Positions 28,046 through 37,684 of a DNA stretch of 64,000 bases are shown here, in pieces. Positions within the stretch are counted from its first letter, which is position 1, and every line of letters starts with the position of its first letter. Source of the DNA: an uncultured Actinomycetota bacterium (lineage in GTDB: Bacteria > Actinomycetota > Actinomycetes > Actinomycetales > Microbacteriaceae); assembly GCA_963703545.1 (NCBI GenBank), contig CAVPES010000052.1:13995-77994 (forward strand). Direction: 5' to 3'. The position numbers were made by a program, and so were the translations under genes. The notes beneath the pieces are model-generated. The model was not told the origin of the DNA, searched no databases, and saw nothing but the letters and a program-made list of their open reading frames with translations.

Positions 28046-28582
28046 ATGTCACGTATTGGCAGACTCCCCATTGAGATCCCTGCCGGGGTCGACGTGAAGA
28101 TCGACGGCAGCGCCGTCAGTGTCAAGGGCCCGAAGGGCGAGCTCGCGCTCGTCGTCGCCAGCCCCATCGAGGTCAGCATCGAGGACGGCCAGCTGCTGGT
28201 CACCCGCCCGGATGACGAACGCGTCTCCCGGTCCCTGCACGGACTGACCCGTACCCTGATCGCCAACCAGATCATCGGCGTAACCCAGGGCTACTCCAAG
28301 GGTCTCGAGGTCGTGGGCACCGGTTACCGGGTCGCGCAGAAGGGTGAGGGTGTCGAGTTCGCACTCGGCTTCTCGCACTCCATCACGGTTGAGCCGCCCG
28401 CAGGTATCTCGTTCACGGTCGAAGGCAACAACAAGCTGACCGTGCACGGCATCGACAAGCAGGCCGTCGGCGAGGTCGCGGCAAACATTCGCAAGTTGCG
28501 CAAGCCGGAGCCTTACAAGGGCAAGGGTGTGCGCTACGCCGGCGAAGTCGTTCGCCGCAAGGCCGGAAAGAGTGGGAAGTAA
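28046..28582 (+). CDS. rplF: 50S ribosomal protein L6
   Basis: [33 protein letters not shown]. Confidence 0.97.
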   Translation: MSRIGRLPIEIPAGVDVKIDGSAVSVKGPKGELALVVASPIEVSIEDGQLLVTRPDDERVSRSLHGLTRTLIANQIIGVTQGYSKGLEVVGTGYRVAQKGEGVEFALGFSHSITVEPPAGISFTVEGNNKLTVHGIDKQAVGEVAANIRKLRKPEPYKGKGVRYAGEVVRRKAGKSGK

Positions 28583-28584
28583 CC

Positions 28585-28956
28585 ATGGCTCTCGGAACTA
28601 GAGGAAAGAGCAAGTCTGCCGCCCGTGGCCGCAGGCACGACCGCCTCCGCAAGAAGGTCGTCGGAACGCCCGCGCGTCCCCGCCTGGTGGTCACTCGTTC
28701 GGCTCGTCACATCTTCGTGCAGGTCGTCGATGACTCCAAGGGTCACACGGTGGCTTCGGCCTCGACCCTCGAGGCCGACCTGCGCAGCTTTGACGGCGAC
28801 AAGACCGCCAAGGCCAGGAAGGTCGGTGAGCTGGTCGCGGAGCGCGCCAGGAAAGTCGGCGTTGAGGCCGTGGTATTCGACCGTGGCGGCAATCGTTACG
28901 CAGGACGCGTCGCGGCGATCGCCGAGGGCGCTCGAGAGGGTGGACTGGACCTGTGA
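28585..28956 (+). CDS. rplR: 50S ribosomal protein L18
   Basis: [35 protein letters not shown]...[24 protein letters not shown]. Confidence 0.96.
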   Translation: MALGTRGKSKSAARGRRHDRLRKKVVGTPARPRLVVTRSARHIFVQVVDDSKGHTVASASTLEADLRSFDGDKTAKARKVGELVAERARKVGVEAVVFDRGGNRYAGRVAAIAEGAREGGLDL

Positions 28957-29624
28957 GTACTGAATCCAATAAGGAGCAAGAGGTGACCGTCGAAACCCCG
29001 GCCCCCGAGTCGCTGCAGAACGAGCCTCGCGAGGCTCGTCGTGGCGGGCGCGAGCGCCAGCCGAGCCGTGATCGCGGCAACCGTGAGGCGGAGAAGAGCC
29101 AGTTCCTCGAGCGGGTTGTCACGATCAACCGAGTCTCCAAGGTCGTCAAGGGTGGTCGTCGCTTCAGCTTCACCGCGCTGGTTGTCGTCGGTGACGGCAA
29201 CGGCATGGTCGGGGTGGGCTACGGAAAGGCCCGCGAAGTCCCGACTGCCATTCAGAAGGGTGTCGAGGAAGCCAAGAAGAACTTCTTCCGCGTACCTCGC
29301 GTCGAGGCGACCATCCCGCACCCCGTCCAGGGTGAGGCGGCCGCCGGTGTGGTGCTGCTTCGCCCGGCCGCGGCGGGTACCGGTGTCATCGCCGGTGGTC
29401 CGGTCCGCGCCGTGCTGGAGTGCGCCGGGATCCACGACGTGCTGTCCAAGTCCCTTGGTTCCTCGAACACGATCAACATCGTGCACGCGACTGTCGCGGC
29501 CCTGAAGCAGCTCGAGGAGCCCCGTGCGGTGGCTGCCCGACGAGGCCTGGCGCTTGAGGATGTGGCTCCGGCCCGCCTGCTGCGTGCTGAGGCCGAGGCC
29601 CGAAGCCTGGAGGTAGGTGTCTGA
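28953..29624 (+). CDS. rpsE: 30S ribosomal protein S5 (with an N-terminal acidic/basic extension)
   Basis: GTG overlaps the rplR stop (GTGA). [53 protein letters not shown]. Confidence 0.96.
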   Translation: MSTESNKEQEVTVETPAPESLQNEPREARRGGRERQPSRDRGNREAEKSQFLERVVTINRVSKVVKGGRRFSFTALVVVGDGNGMVGVGYGKAREVPTAIQKGVEEAKKNFFRVPRVEATIPHPVQGEAAAGVVLLRPAAAGTGVIAGGPVRAVLECAGIHDVLSKSLGSSNTINIVHATVAALKQLEEPRAVAARRGLALEDVAPARLLRAEAEARSLEVGV

Positions 29625-29809
29625 TGACTGCCCGGTTGAAGGTAACCCAGATCAAGTCCGTAATCAGTGAGAAGCAGAACCAGCGCGACACGCTTCGCAG
29701 CCTGGGTCTCAAGCGGATCGGCGATGTCGTCGTCCGCGAGGACAGCCCCGCGAATCGCGGCTATGTCCGTGCTGTCGCTCACCTTGTGAAGGTCGAGGAG
29801 ATTGACTAA
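29624..29809 (+). CDS. rpmD: 50S ribosomal protein L30
   Basis: [33 protein letters not shown]. 61 aa. Confidence 0.95.
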   Translation: MTARLKVTQIKSVISEKQNQRDTLRSLGLKRIGDVVVREDSPANRGYVRAVAHLVKVEEID

Positions 29810-30474
29810 TGGCTGACGAAAAGGCCACAGAAGAGAAGGTGGCCAAGAAGGCCCCGGCCAAGGCTGCTGCGGACAAGGCTCCGGCCAAGGCTGCGGCGGA
29901 GAAGGCTCCGGCCAAGGCTGCGGCGGAGAAGGCCCCGGCCAAGGCTGCGGCGGAGAAGGCCCCGGCCAAGGTTGCGGCGGAGAAGGCCCCGGCCAAGACC
30001 GCAGCAAAGAAGTCCGACGATGTCGCAGAACCGCGCGTGCAGGTGCTGAAGGTGCACCATCTTCGTCCCGCCCCGGGATCGAAGAAGGATCGGACCCGTG
30101 TCGGTCGTGGTGAAGGTTCCAAGGGTAAGACCGCGGGCCGGGGCACCAAGGGCACGAAGGCGCGGTACAAGGTCAGGGTCGGCCTCGAAGGCGGAAACCT
30201 GAACTTCGTGATGCGGCAGCCCAAGCTGCGCGGCTTCAAGAACCCCTTCCGCGTCGAGTACCAGGTGGTGAACCTCGCCAAGCTCGCTGAGCTGTACCCC
30301 GAGGGTGGTGAGGTCACGGTTTCCGACCTCGTCGCCAAGGGTGCCGTTCGCAAGAGAGAACTCGTCAAGATTCTCGGCGATGGCGACATTGCGGTTAAGC
30401 TGAACGTTGCAGTCGATAAGGTCTCCGGTTCTGCCGAGCAGAAGATCGTCGCTGCTGGTGGCTCTGTAAAGTAG
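29809..30474 (+). CDS. rplO: 50S ribosomal protein L15 with a ~65-aa repetitive N-terminal extension
   Basis: The core [36 protein letters not shown]...KILGDGDI is canonical L15. It is preceded by (K)APAKAAAEK repeats. Confidence 0.95.
   Translation: MADEKATEEKVAKKAPAKAAADKAPAKAAAEKAPAKAAAEKAPAKAAAEKAPAKVAAEKAPAKTAAKKSDDVAEPRVQVLKVHHLRPAPGSKKDRTRVGRGEGSKGKTAGRGTKGTKARYKVRVGLEGGNLNFVMRQPKLRGFKNPFRVEYQVVNLAKLAELYPEGGEVTVSDLVAKGAVRKRELVKILGDGDIAVKLNVAVDKVSGSAEQKIVAAGGSVK
29851..30012 (+). repeat. Six tandem copies of a 27-bp in-frame repeat inside rplO
   Basis: GCyCCGGCCAAGGCTGCGGCGGAGAAG units at 29851, 29878, 29905, 29932, 29959 and 29986. Copies 2 and 3 are identical and copy 4 differs by one base. 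Each encodes APAKAAAEK. Confidence 0.9.
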
Positions 30475-30539
30475 TGACTCGGTGCGGGGCTCCGTCAGGA
30501 GCCCCGGGCCTCGCTTCTCAACCGTTGTCTGGAGGCTCG

Positions 30540-31862
30540 TTGTTCGGCGCCATTGCGCGGATATTCCGCACCCCCGATCTTCGCCGCAAGATCGGGTTCA
30601 CGTTGGCCATCGTCGCCATCTTCCGACTCGGCTCCTTCATCCCAGCGCCCTTCGTCGACTTCGGTAACGTTCAACAGTGTCTCGCGCTGACCCAGAACAC
30701 CTCGGGTCTCTACCAGATGGTCAACCTGTTCTCGGGTGGCGCGCTGCTGCAGCTCTCGATCTTCGCGCTGGGGATCATGCCGTACATCACGGCCTCGATC
30801 ATCACGCAGCTGCTGCGGGTGGTCATCCCGCACTTCGAAGCCCTGCACAAGGAGGGTCAGGCCGGTCAGTCGACCCTGACCCAGTACACGCGATACCTGA
30901 CCATCGCCCTTGCCGTCCTGCAGTCCACGACGCTGGTCACAGTCGCCCGATCCGGCGCCCTCTTCGGCTCCGACTGCCAGAACATTCCGCTGATCTCCGG
31001 CGGTGGCAGCTGGTACTCGATTCTGCTGATCATCATCACGATGACGGCCGGGACCGGTCTGATCATGTGGTTCGGTGAGATGATCACCGAGCGCGGCATC
31101 GGCAACGGAATGTCGCTGCTGATCTTCACCTCGATCGCCGCTCAGTTCCCCAGCTCGCTCTGGGCGATCCAGCTCTCGCACGGCTGGGAGATCTTCTTCA
31201 TGGTGATCCTCGTGGGCATCGTGATCATGGCGGCCGTGGTGTTCGTCGAGCAGTCGCAGCGGCGGATCCCGGTCCAGTACGCCAAGCGCATGGTCGGTCG
31301 GCGCACCTATGGCGGCAACAACACGTACATTCCGATCAAGGTCAACATGGCGGGCGTGGTTCCCGTGATCTTCGCCTCGTCACTGCTGTACCTGCCGGCA
31401 CTGATCGCGCAGTTCAACAGCGCCGACCCCGAGACCGGCGAAGTCGCGCCGTGGGTGCAGTGGATCACGGATTACCTGACCAAGGGGGACCACCCCCTGT
31501 ACATGCTGATTTACTTCCTGCTCATCGTCGGGTTCACCTACTTCTACGTCGCGATCACGTTCAACCCCGTCGAGGTGGCCGACAACATGAAGAAGTACGG
31601 AGGCTTCATCCCCGGCATCCGCGCTGGTCGACCCACCGCCGAGTATCTCGACTACGTGCTGACCCGGGTGACTCTGCCCGGTTCCATCTACCTTGGTCTC
31701 ATCGCTCTGCTGCCGCTGATCGCGCTGGGCCTTGTCGGGGCGAATCAGAACTTCCCCTTCGGCGGGGCTTCGATCCTGATCATCGTCGGTGTCGGACTCG
31801 AGACCGTCAAGCAGATCGACTCGCAACTGCAACAACGACATTATGAAGGGCTGCTTCGATGA
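30540..31862 (+). CDS. secY: Preprotein translocase subunit SecY
   Basis: (M)[34 protein letters not shown] is a typical SecY N-terminus. TTG at 30540 follows GGAGG (30531-30535). The in-frame GTG at 30474 (TAGTG overlap with rplO) is an alternative start. Confidence 0.9.
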   Translation: MFGAIARIFRTPDLRRKIGFTLAIVAIFRLGSFIPAPFVDFGNVQQCLALTQNTSGLYQMVNLFSGGALLQLSIFALGIMPYITASIITQLLRVVIPHFEALHKEGQAGQSTLTQYTRYLTIALAVLQSTTLVTVARSGALFGSDCQNIPLISGGGSWYSILLIIITMTAGTGLIMWFGEMITERGIGNGMSLLIFTSIAAQFPSSLWAIQLSHGWEIFFMVILVGIVIMAAVVFVEQSQRRIPVQYAKRMVGRRTYGGNNTYIPIKVNMAGVVPVIFASSLLYLPALIAQFNSADPETGEVAPWVQWITDYLTKGDHPLYMLIYFLLIVGFTYFYVAITFNPVEVADNMKKYGGFIPGIRAGRPTAEYLDYVLTRVTLPGSIYLGLIALLPLIALGLVGANQNFPFGGASILIIVGVGLETVKQIDSQLQQRHYEGLLR

Positions 31863-32464
31863 CTGACAGTGTTACCCCGGGCGTTCGTCTGCTGATAGTC
31901 GGTCCACCCGGCGCAGGCAAGGGCACCCAGGCGGTACGGCTGTCGCAGACGTACGGCATCCCGGCGATTTCGACGGGCGACATCTTCCGGGCGAATATCT
32001 CTCAGGGCACGCCCCTGGGCGTCCAGGTCAAGGCGATCGTTGACTCCGGCGCCTATGTTCCCGATTCACTGACCAATGAACTCGTGAAGAACCGCGTCGC
32101 CGAAGACGATGCGGTCTCGGGTTTCCTGCTTGACGGATACCCCCGCACGGTTGACCAGGTCCGCTTCCTCGACGAGATCCTCGCGGCCGAGGGCACGGCG
32201 CTTGACGCCGTCATACAGCTGGTGGCCGACACCGAAGAGGTGGTCGGCCGCCTGCACAAACGCGCCACTGAACAAGGTCGCACTGACGACACCGAGGATG
32301 TCATCCGTGAACGGCTGCGGGTCTACGAGGAGCAGACCGCCCCGCTCATCGACGTCTTCGCGGCACGCGGTCTGCTGACTACCGTCGACGGGCTTGGCGC
32401 CGTTGACGAGGTGACCGCCCGGGTGATCAGGAACCTTGCCGCGCGTGGCATCAATCCTGCATAG
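31859..32464 (+). CDS. adk: Adenylate kinase
   Basis: [38 protein letters not shown]. Confidence 0.96.
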   Translation: MTDSVTPGVRLLIVGPPGAGKGTQAVRLSQTYGIPAISTGDIFRANISQGTPLGVQVKAIVDSGAYVPDSLTNELVKNRVAEDDAVSGFLLDGYPRTVDQVRFLDEILAAEGTALDAVIQLVADTEEVVGRLHKRATEQGRTDDTEDVIRERLRVYEEQTAPLIDVFAARGLLTTVDGLGAVDEVTARVIRNLAARGINPA

Positions 32465-33281
32465 AAGCATCTACAAGTCTCCGGCACAGCTGCGGCTGAT
32501 GCGGGATCCTGGTCTGGCCACGGCGGCCTCGCTCGAGGCCGTGCGCCAGGCGATTCGCCCCGGTGTCACCACCGCGGAACTCGATGCGATCGCGGAGGCG
32601 ACGATCCGCAGCCGCGGCGGCGTCCCCAACTTCATGAAGGAACCGGGGTACCGGCACACCATCTGCACTTCGGTCAACGATGACATCGTGCACGGGATCC
32701 CGGGAGAGAGAATTCTCGCGCCCGGTGACATCGTCTCGATCGACAGCGGGGCTGAGATCGCCGGCTGGAACGGCGATGCCGCCTTCACGGTCGTGGTGCC
32801 GAACCCGGCCGACCCTGATGAGGTCGCACGGCGCGAAGAGCTGTGCCGGGTGACCGAGCAGTCTCTCTGGCACGGCATCGCGGCGCTGTCCCGGGCCAGC
32901 CATCTGAACGAGGTCGGTGCCGCCATCCAGGACTACATCGTGAGTCAAGGAGACTACGGCATTCTCACGGAATACGTCGGTCACGGTATCGGCCGTTCGA
33001 TGCACGAAGCGCCTGTCGTCTTCAACTACCGGGTTCGTCAGCCGGGACCCGAGGTCAGGCCGGGACTGGTCGTCGCCATCGAGCCGATGGTCACCCTCGG
33101 CGCGATCGACACCTTCACGCGCGGGGACGAGTGGACGGTGGCGACCCTTGACGGCAGCATGGCGGCGCACTGGGAGCATTCGATCGCCGTGCACAGGGAC
33201 GGCATCTGGGTACTGACCGCCGTTGACGGCGGCGCTGCCGGTCTCGCGGCACTCGGCGTCACCCCGGTGCCGATCGCCTGA
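32436..33281 (+). CDS. map: Type I methionine aminopeptidase (start uncertain; GTG 32445 is also possible)
   Basis: [20 protein letters not shown]...[10 protein letters not shown]...[19 protein letters not shown]...HGIGRSMHE...IEPMV...HWEHSI. Confidence 0.9.
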   Translation: MPRVASILHRSIYKSPAQLRLMRDPGLATAASLEAVRQAIRPGVTTAELDAIAEATIRSRGGVPNFMKEPGYRHTICTSVNDDIVHGIPGERILAPGDIVSIDSGAEIAGWNGDAAFTVVVPNPADPDEVARREELCRVTEQSLWHGIAALSRASHLNEVGAAIQDYIVSQGDYGILTEYVGHGIGRSMHEAPVVFNYRVRQPGPEVRPGLVVAIEPMVTLGAIDTFTRGDEWTVATLDGSMAAHWEHSIAVHRDGIWVLTAVDGGAAGLAALGVTPVPIA

Positions 33282-33309
33282 GGCGGCCGGTCCGGCACTA
33301 CCCTGAGGT

Positions 33310-34200
33310 GTGGACTCTCTCGTGCTGCTTCTCGATGTGCTTCCCGCCGAGGCGATGAGCACTGCCGAGGCGATCCAGGCAACGCTTCGACGGGTGGACC
33401 CCGAGACACCGGTCCTTGCGGTCACCGAACTGGCGGCCAGCCGGGGTGACGGGGTCTTCGAAACCCTCGGTGTGGTCGGCGGACATCCGCAGGCGGTCGC
33501 CGCGCACTTGGACCGGCTGGAACGGTCAGCGCTGATGCTCGACCTGCCGAGGCCGCATCGCGGGCAGTGGCAGGCGGCGATCGAGAAAGCCGCGCAGCTG
33601 CTGTCCGAATCATCCGAGGGCAAGGTGAAGCTGGTGCTGAGCCGGGGAATCGAGGGCACCGGTCGGCCGACCGCCTGGCTGATCGCCGAGCCGGTGACCG
33701 GCGGCATGCGGGAGCGGACGGACGGTATCCGGGTGGTCCTGCTGGATCGGGGCCTGCGCAGTGATGTCGCCGCGACCTCGCCGTGGCTGCTGGCCGGCGC
33801 GAAGACCCTCTCCTATGCGAGCAATATGGCTGCGCTCCGAGAGGCGGGGCGGCGCGGCGCCGATGACGTGATCTACACGAGCACGGATGGCTTCGCCCTT
33901 GAGGGACCGACCTCGTCGATCGTGCTGCGCCGCGGAGCAGAGTTCATCACGCCGCGGACGGACGTCGGCGTGCTGGCCGGCACCACCCAACTCAGCCTGT
34001 TCGCCTTCCTCGCCTCCCTGGGTCATCGGACCCGGGAGGCGATGGTGACCGTTGATGAGCTCTTCGCTGCTGACGGCCTCTGGTTGCTCTCCAGCAGCCG
34101 ACTGGCCGCGGGAGTCACGATGCTCGATGGTCGCGATATCCCGTTCGATCCGGCCTTGACGGCGCGAATGAACACCGCCCTGCTGGCCCGGGAGGACTGA
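33310..34200 (+). CDS. Class IV aminotransferase family protein (aminodeoxychorismate lyase-like)
   Basis: ASRGDGVFETLGVVGGHPQAVAAHLDRLERSALMLDLP...LAGAKTLSYASNMAALREA...EGPTSSIVL...GVLAGTT. Confidence 0.7.
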   Translation: MDSLVLLLDVLPAEAMSTAEAIQATLRRVDPETPVLAVTELAASRGDGVFETLGVVGGHPQAVAAHLDRLERSALMLDLPRPHRGQWQAAIEKAAQLLSESSEGKVKLVLSRGIEGTGRPTAWLIAEPVTGGMRERTDGIRVVLLDRGLRSDVAATSPWLLAGAKTLSYASNMAALREAGRRGADDVIYTSTDGFALEGPTSSIVLRRGAEFITPRTDVGVLAGTTQLSLFAFLASLGHRTREAMVTVDELFAADGLWLLSSSRLAAGVTMLDGRDIPFDPALTARMNTALLARED

Positions 34201-34209
34201 GCCCTTCGC

Positions 34210-34238
34210 TTGGACAATCTTCGGTGATGGCATAGGAT
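34210..34238 (+). promoter_or_regulatory. Candidate promoter of the infA-rpmJ-rpsM-rpsK-rpoA-rplQ operon (TTGGAC-17-TAGGAT)
   Basis: TTGGACA at 34210-34216 and TAGGAT at 34233-34238. The -10 hexamer and the following 17 nt are nearly identical to the rplM promoter at 40706-40728. Confidence 0.5.
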
Positions 34239-34333
34239 AGATCTTTGGTGTCCGGAATTATGCCTTTGGCATGCCCGAGTCGCCGAAAATCAAAGCGCAA
34301 GACCAGTCCGGTTTTGCTTGAGCGAAGTGAGTT

Positions 34334-34555
34334 ATGGCCAAAAAAGACGGTGTCATTGAGATCGAAGGCGCAGTGGTCGAGGCTCTGCCCAACGCGATGT
34401 TCCGCGTTGAGTTGACCAACGGACACAAGGTGCTCGCCCACATCTCAGGAAAGATGCGTCAGCACTACATCCGAATCCTCCCCGAGGACCGCGTGATCGT
34501 GGAACTGAGCCCTTATGACCTGACCCGTGGCCGGATCGTCTATCGCTATAAGTAG
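34334..34555 (+). CDS. infA: Translation initiation factor IF-1
   Basis: [73 protein letters not shown]. Confidence 0.98.
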   Translation: MAKKDGVIEIEGAVVEALPNAMFRVELTNGHKVLAHISGKMRQHYIRILPEDRVIVELSPYDLTRGRIVYRYK

Positions 34556-34621
34556 AGCCGCTGGAAAGTAACGGCTCGCGGCATCCCGCGAGTACGAGGA
34601 CAGCGATTTCAAGGAAGCACA

Positions 34622-34738
34622 ATGAAGGTCAATCCCAGCGTCAAGCCCATCTGCGACCACTGCAAGGTGATTCGCCGAAACGGCCGCGTGATGGTCATCT
34701 GCAAGAGCAACCCGCGGCACAAGCAGCGCCAGGGCTGA
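34622..34738 (+). CDS. rpmJ: 50S ribosomal protein L36 (38 aa, too short for the ORF track)
   Basis: Manual translation gives [38 protein letters not shown], then TGA. AAGGAAG lies 5 nt upstream of the ATG. Confidence 0.93.
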   Translation: MKVNPSVKPICDHCKVIRRNGRVMVICKSNPRHKQRQG

Positions 34739-34771
34739 TTCGAGCCGGCGACGCCGAACTGGTCCCGACAT

Positions 34772-34793
34772 GGCCGTGAACGGCCTGCTCGAC
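34772..34793 (+). promoter_or_regulatory. Intercistronic hairpin motif GGCCGnGAnCGGCC+TGCTCGAC, copy 1 (rpmJ-rpsM spacer)
   Basis: GGCCGTGAACGGCCTGCTCGAC. A 20/22-identical copy sits at 35829-35850. Confidence 0.4.
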
Positions 34794-34919
34794 CACCGAG
34801 AAAACTGAACATCGAAGCACAGCAGCACCAGATCCCGCGTGAGCGGGGGACACCTCGGGTTGGAGGCCCGGGCACAGGCGCTGCTGAAGACCTCCACTCA
34901 CTACACAGGAGAAGCCACT

Positions 34920-35294
34920 ATGGCACGTCTGGCCGGCGTCGACATCCCGCGCGACAAGCGCGTTGAGGTCGCACTGACATACATTTACGGAGTTGGCCGC
35001 ACGAGGGCACTCAAGACCCTCGCCGACACCGGAATCAGCGGAGACATCCGCGTCAAGGATCTGACCGACGACCAGCTCGTCCTGCTCCGAGACCACATCG
35101 AAGGCAACTACAAGGTCGAGGGCGACCTCCGCCGCGAGGTTGCCGCTGACATCCGACGCAAGGTGGAGATCGGCAGCTACCAGGGCATTCGCCACCGCAA
35201 GGGCCTGCCGGTCCACGGACAGCGCACCAAGACCAATGCCCGCACCCGCAAGGGACCCAAGCGCACCGTCGCCGGCAAGAAGAAGGCCCGCTAG
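34920..35294 (+). CDS. rpsM: 30S ribosomal protein S13
   Basis: ATG at 34920 is preceded by [38 protein letters not shown]. Confidence 0.96.
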   Translation: MARLAGVDIPRDKRVEVALTYIYGVGRTRALKTLADTGISGDIRVKDLTDDQLVLLRDHIEGNYKVEGDLRREVAADIRRKVEIGSYQGIRHRKGLPVHGQRTKTNARTRKGPKRTVAGKKKAR

Positions 35295-35336
35295 CCCCCG
35301 GCTGGCGCAACGCCCAACAGGATTCAGGAGAGATTC

Positions 35337-35735
35337 ATGGCAGTACCGAAGTCGGCTGTACGCAAGCCGCGCAAGAAGGACAAGAAGAACATCGCCGTGG
35401 GCCAGGCCCACATCAAGTCGACGTTCAACAACACCATCGTCTCGATCACGGACACCAACGGTGCCGTGATCAGCTGGGCTTCCTCCGGCACCGTCGGTTT
35501 CAAGGGTTCGCGCAAGTCGACCCCGTATGCCTCGCAGATGGCCGCCGAGTCGGCGGCTCGCCAGGCTCAGGAGCACGGTCTGAAGAAGGTCGACGTTTTC
35601 GTCAAGGGACCGGGGTCAGGCCGTGAAACCGCGATCCGCTCACTTCAGGCTGCTGGTCTGGAGGTCGGATCGATCAACGACGTCACCCCGCAGGCGCACA
35701 ACGGTTGCCGCCCGCCAAAACGCAGAAGGGTCTAG
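35337..35735 (+). CDS. rpsK: 30S ribosomal protein S11
   Basis: [44 protein letters not shown]...[11 protein letters not shown]. Confidence 0.97.
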   Translation: MAVPKSAVRKPRKKDKKNIAVGQAHIKSTFNNTIVSITDTNGAVISWASSGTVGFKGSRKSTPYASQMAAESAARQAQEHGLKKVDVFVKGPGSGRETAIRSLQAAGLEVGSINDVTPQAHNGCRPPKRRRV

Positions 35736-35828
35736 CGCTCTGCCCGCCTCGCCGGTCTAGCAGCGGGCGCCAGCGACCGTATCGCGATCAGGGCCACGTT
35801 CGAGTCACGATGGCAATGGTGTGGATAC

Positions 35829-35850
35829 GGCCGCGAGCGGCCTGCTCGAC
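35829..35850 (+). promoter_or_regulatory. Intercistronic hairpin motif GGCCGnGAnCGGCC+TGCTCGAC, copy 2 (rpsK-rpoA spacer)
   Basis: GGCCGCGAGCGGCCTGCTCGAC. See the copy at 34772-34793. Confidence 0.4.
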
Positions 35851-35933
35851 TGGCGGTGGATCTCACTTCTCACAACTCAATACCTCGCACACGCAAGTGT
35901 CATATAGCGGACACTTAGCCGAAAGGAAAAACA

Positions 35934-36932
35934 GTGCTCATCGCACAGCGCCCAACCCTCACCGAGGAGTCCATCTCCGAATACCGTTCCCGGTTCACGA
36001 TCGAGCCCCTCGAGCCCGGCTTCGGCTACACCCTGGGGAACTCCCTGCGCCGGACCCTGTTGTCTTCGATCCCGGGTGCCGCGGTGACCAGCGTGCACAT
36101 CGACGGGGTGCTGCACGAATTCAGCACCGTTCCCGGTGTCAAGGAAGACGTCACCGAGATCATCCTCAACGTCAAGCAGCTGGTCGTCTCCAGTGAGAAC
36201 GACGAGCCGGTGCTCGCATACCTGCGCAAGACCGGAGCCGGCCAGGTCACCGCCGCCGACATCCAGGCTCCCGCCGGTGTCGAGATCCACAACCCCGAGC
36301 TGGTCATCGCGACCCTCAATGACAAGGCCCGTTTCGAGCTGACGCTGACGATCGAGCGCGGTCGCGGCTACGTCTCCTCGGTGCAGAACCGCAGCGAGTC
36401 GAATGAGACCGGGAACATTCCGATCGACTCGATCTACTCGCCCGTGCTCAAGGTGACCTACCGCGTCGAGGCGACGCGTGCTGGCGAGCGCACCGACTTC
36501 GACAAGCTCATCGTCGACGTGGAGACGAAGCCGGCGATCCTGCCCCGTGACGCGTTCGCGTCGGCCGGGCGCACCCTGACCGAGTTGTTCGGCCTGGCCC
36601 GCGAGCTCAACAGCGCTGCCGAAGGAATCGAGATCGGCCCGGCGCCCGTTGACGCCATCCTGTCCGCCGAACTGAGTGTTCCGATCGAGGATCTGGACTT
36701 GTCGGTGCGTTCCTACAACTGCCTGAAGCGTGAAGGGATCAACACGGTCAGTGAGCTGGTCGCCCTGTCCGAGACCCAGCTGATGAATATCCGCAACTTC
36801 GGCCAGAAGTCCGTGGATGAGGTCAAGGACAAGCTCGTCGAACTCGGTCTGTCGTTGAAGGACTCGGTGCCCGGTTTCGACGGCGCACACTTCTACACCG
36901 GCGGATACGACGGCGAAGACGACAACAACTGA
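35934..36932 (+). CDS. rpoA: DNA-directed RNA polymerase subunit alpha
   Basis: GTG start preceded by [54 protein letters not shown]...[17 protein letters not shown]. Confidence 0.97.
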   Translation: MLIAQRPTLTEESISEYRSRFTIEPLEPGFGYTLGNSLRRTLLSSIPGAAVTSVHIDGVLHEFSTVPGVKEDVTEIILNVKQLVVSSENDEPVLAYLRKTGAGQVTAADIQAPAGVEIHNPELVIATLNDKARFELTLTIERGRGYVSSVQNRSESNETGNIPIDSIYSPVLKVTYRVEATRAGERTDFDKLIVDVETKPAILPRDAFASAGRTLTELFGLARELNSAAEGIEIGPAPVDAILSAELSVPIEDLDLSVRSYNCLKREGINTVSELVALSETQLMNIRNFGQKSVDEVKDKLVELGLSLKDSVPGFDGAHFYTGGYDGEDDNN

Positions 36933-36985
36933 GGATTGTCGTCTCGACGTCCCCGACCTGATTTCGATACTGGAGAACACTGAAA

Positions 36986-37570
36986 ATGCCCAAGCCAACC
37001 AAGGGTCCCCGCCTCGGAGGCGGTCCGGCGCACGAGCGCCTGATGCTCGCGAACCTCGCCGCAGCCCTGTTCACGCACAAGAGCATCAAGACGACGGAGA
37101 CCAAGGCAAAGCGCCTGCGTCCGGTCGCCGAACGCCTGATCACCTTCGCCAAGCGCGGCGATCTGGCCTCGCGTCGTCGGGTGCTCGCCACCATCGGTGA
37201 CAAGCAGGTCGTGCATACCCTCTTCACCGAGATCGCTCCGCTCCTTGCCGAGCGCGAGGGTGGTTACACCCGCATCACCAAGCTCGGCTTCCGCAAGGGC
37301 GACAATGCCTCGATGGTGCAGATCGAACTGGTGCTCGAGCCCGTCGTCAAGAAGGCTGCTCCCGCGAAGACCGCGAAGGCAGAGCCCGTTGCCGAGGTGA
37401 CCGCGACCGCGGATACCGCAGCCGAGGAGGCGATCGAGGTCGTCGAGGCGCCTGCAGCCGAAGCCGCCGAGGACAGTGCCGCCGAGGACAGTGCCGCCGC
37501 GGATACCGCCGCCGAGGGTGGCATCGAGGCGACCGAGGACGCGGCTGCCGAGGAGTCTGAGGCGAAGTAG
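36986..37570 (+). CDS. rplQ: 50S ribosomal protein L17 with a ~70-aa Ala/Glu-rich C-terminal extension
   Basis: [58 protein letters not shown]...[17 protein letters not shown], followed by an acidic tail. Confidence 0.96.
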   Translation: MPKPTKGPRLGGGPAHERLMLANLAAALFTHKSIKTTETKAKRLRPVAERLITFAKRGDLASRRRVLATIGDKQVVHTLFTEIAPLLAEREGGYTRITKLGFRKGDNASMVQIELVLEPVVKKAAPAKTAKAEPVAEVTATADTAAEEAIEVVEAPAAEAAEDSAAEDSAAADTAAEGGIEATEDAAAEESEAK

Positions 37571-37582
37571 TTCACTGCTCCC

Positions 37583-37619
37583 TCGGAGCCCCGGACACCG
37601 TCGGCGTCCGGGGCTCCGA
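37583..37619. terminator. Bidirectional stem-loop terminator between convergent rplQ and the acyltransferase gene
   Basis: TCGGAGCCCCGGAC-9 nt-GTCCGGGGCTCCGA, a 14-bp perfect stem. Confidence 0.6.
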
Positions 37620-37684
37620 CGTCGGCGGGATCGACTCGCGGTTTCCCTCAGCCCGGCTGCCGGCCTCTGGTCGGCGGCTGCGGA

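Noticed and set aside
29252-30007. Antisense ORF with striking PWPGPSPPQ repeats
   Set aside because: It is simply the reverse-complement reading of the 27-bp tandem repeats inside rplO. It has no RBS and is embedded in an essential gene.
29851-30012. Regularly spaced 27-bp repeats that could be mistaken for a CRISPR array
   Set aside because: The repeats are directly adjacent with no spacers. They are in frame within rplO, and no cas genes are present.
30474-30539. GTG at 30474 (overlapping the rplO stop) as the secY start, giving a 22-aa N-terminal extension
   Set aside because: The extension (TRCGAPSGAPGLASQPLSGGS) is not SecY-like. TTG at 30540 follows a GGAGG box and gives the canonical N-terminus. 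It is kept only as an alternative start.
35786-35800. GTTCGAGTC string resembling a tRNA T-loop
   Set aside because: No acceptor, D or anticodon arms can be folded around it. No tRNA-like cloverleaf was found in any intergenic gap.
35705-36196. 163-aa ORF spanning the rpsK-rpoA spacer, where rpsD would be expected
   Set aside because: The translation shows no S4 similarity. It overlaps the rpsK end and the rpoA start in other frames and has no RBS.
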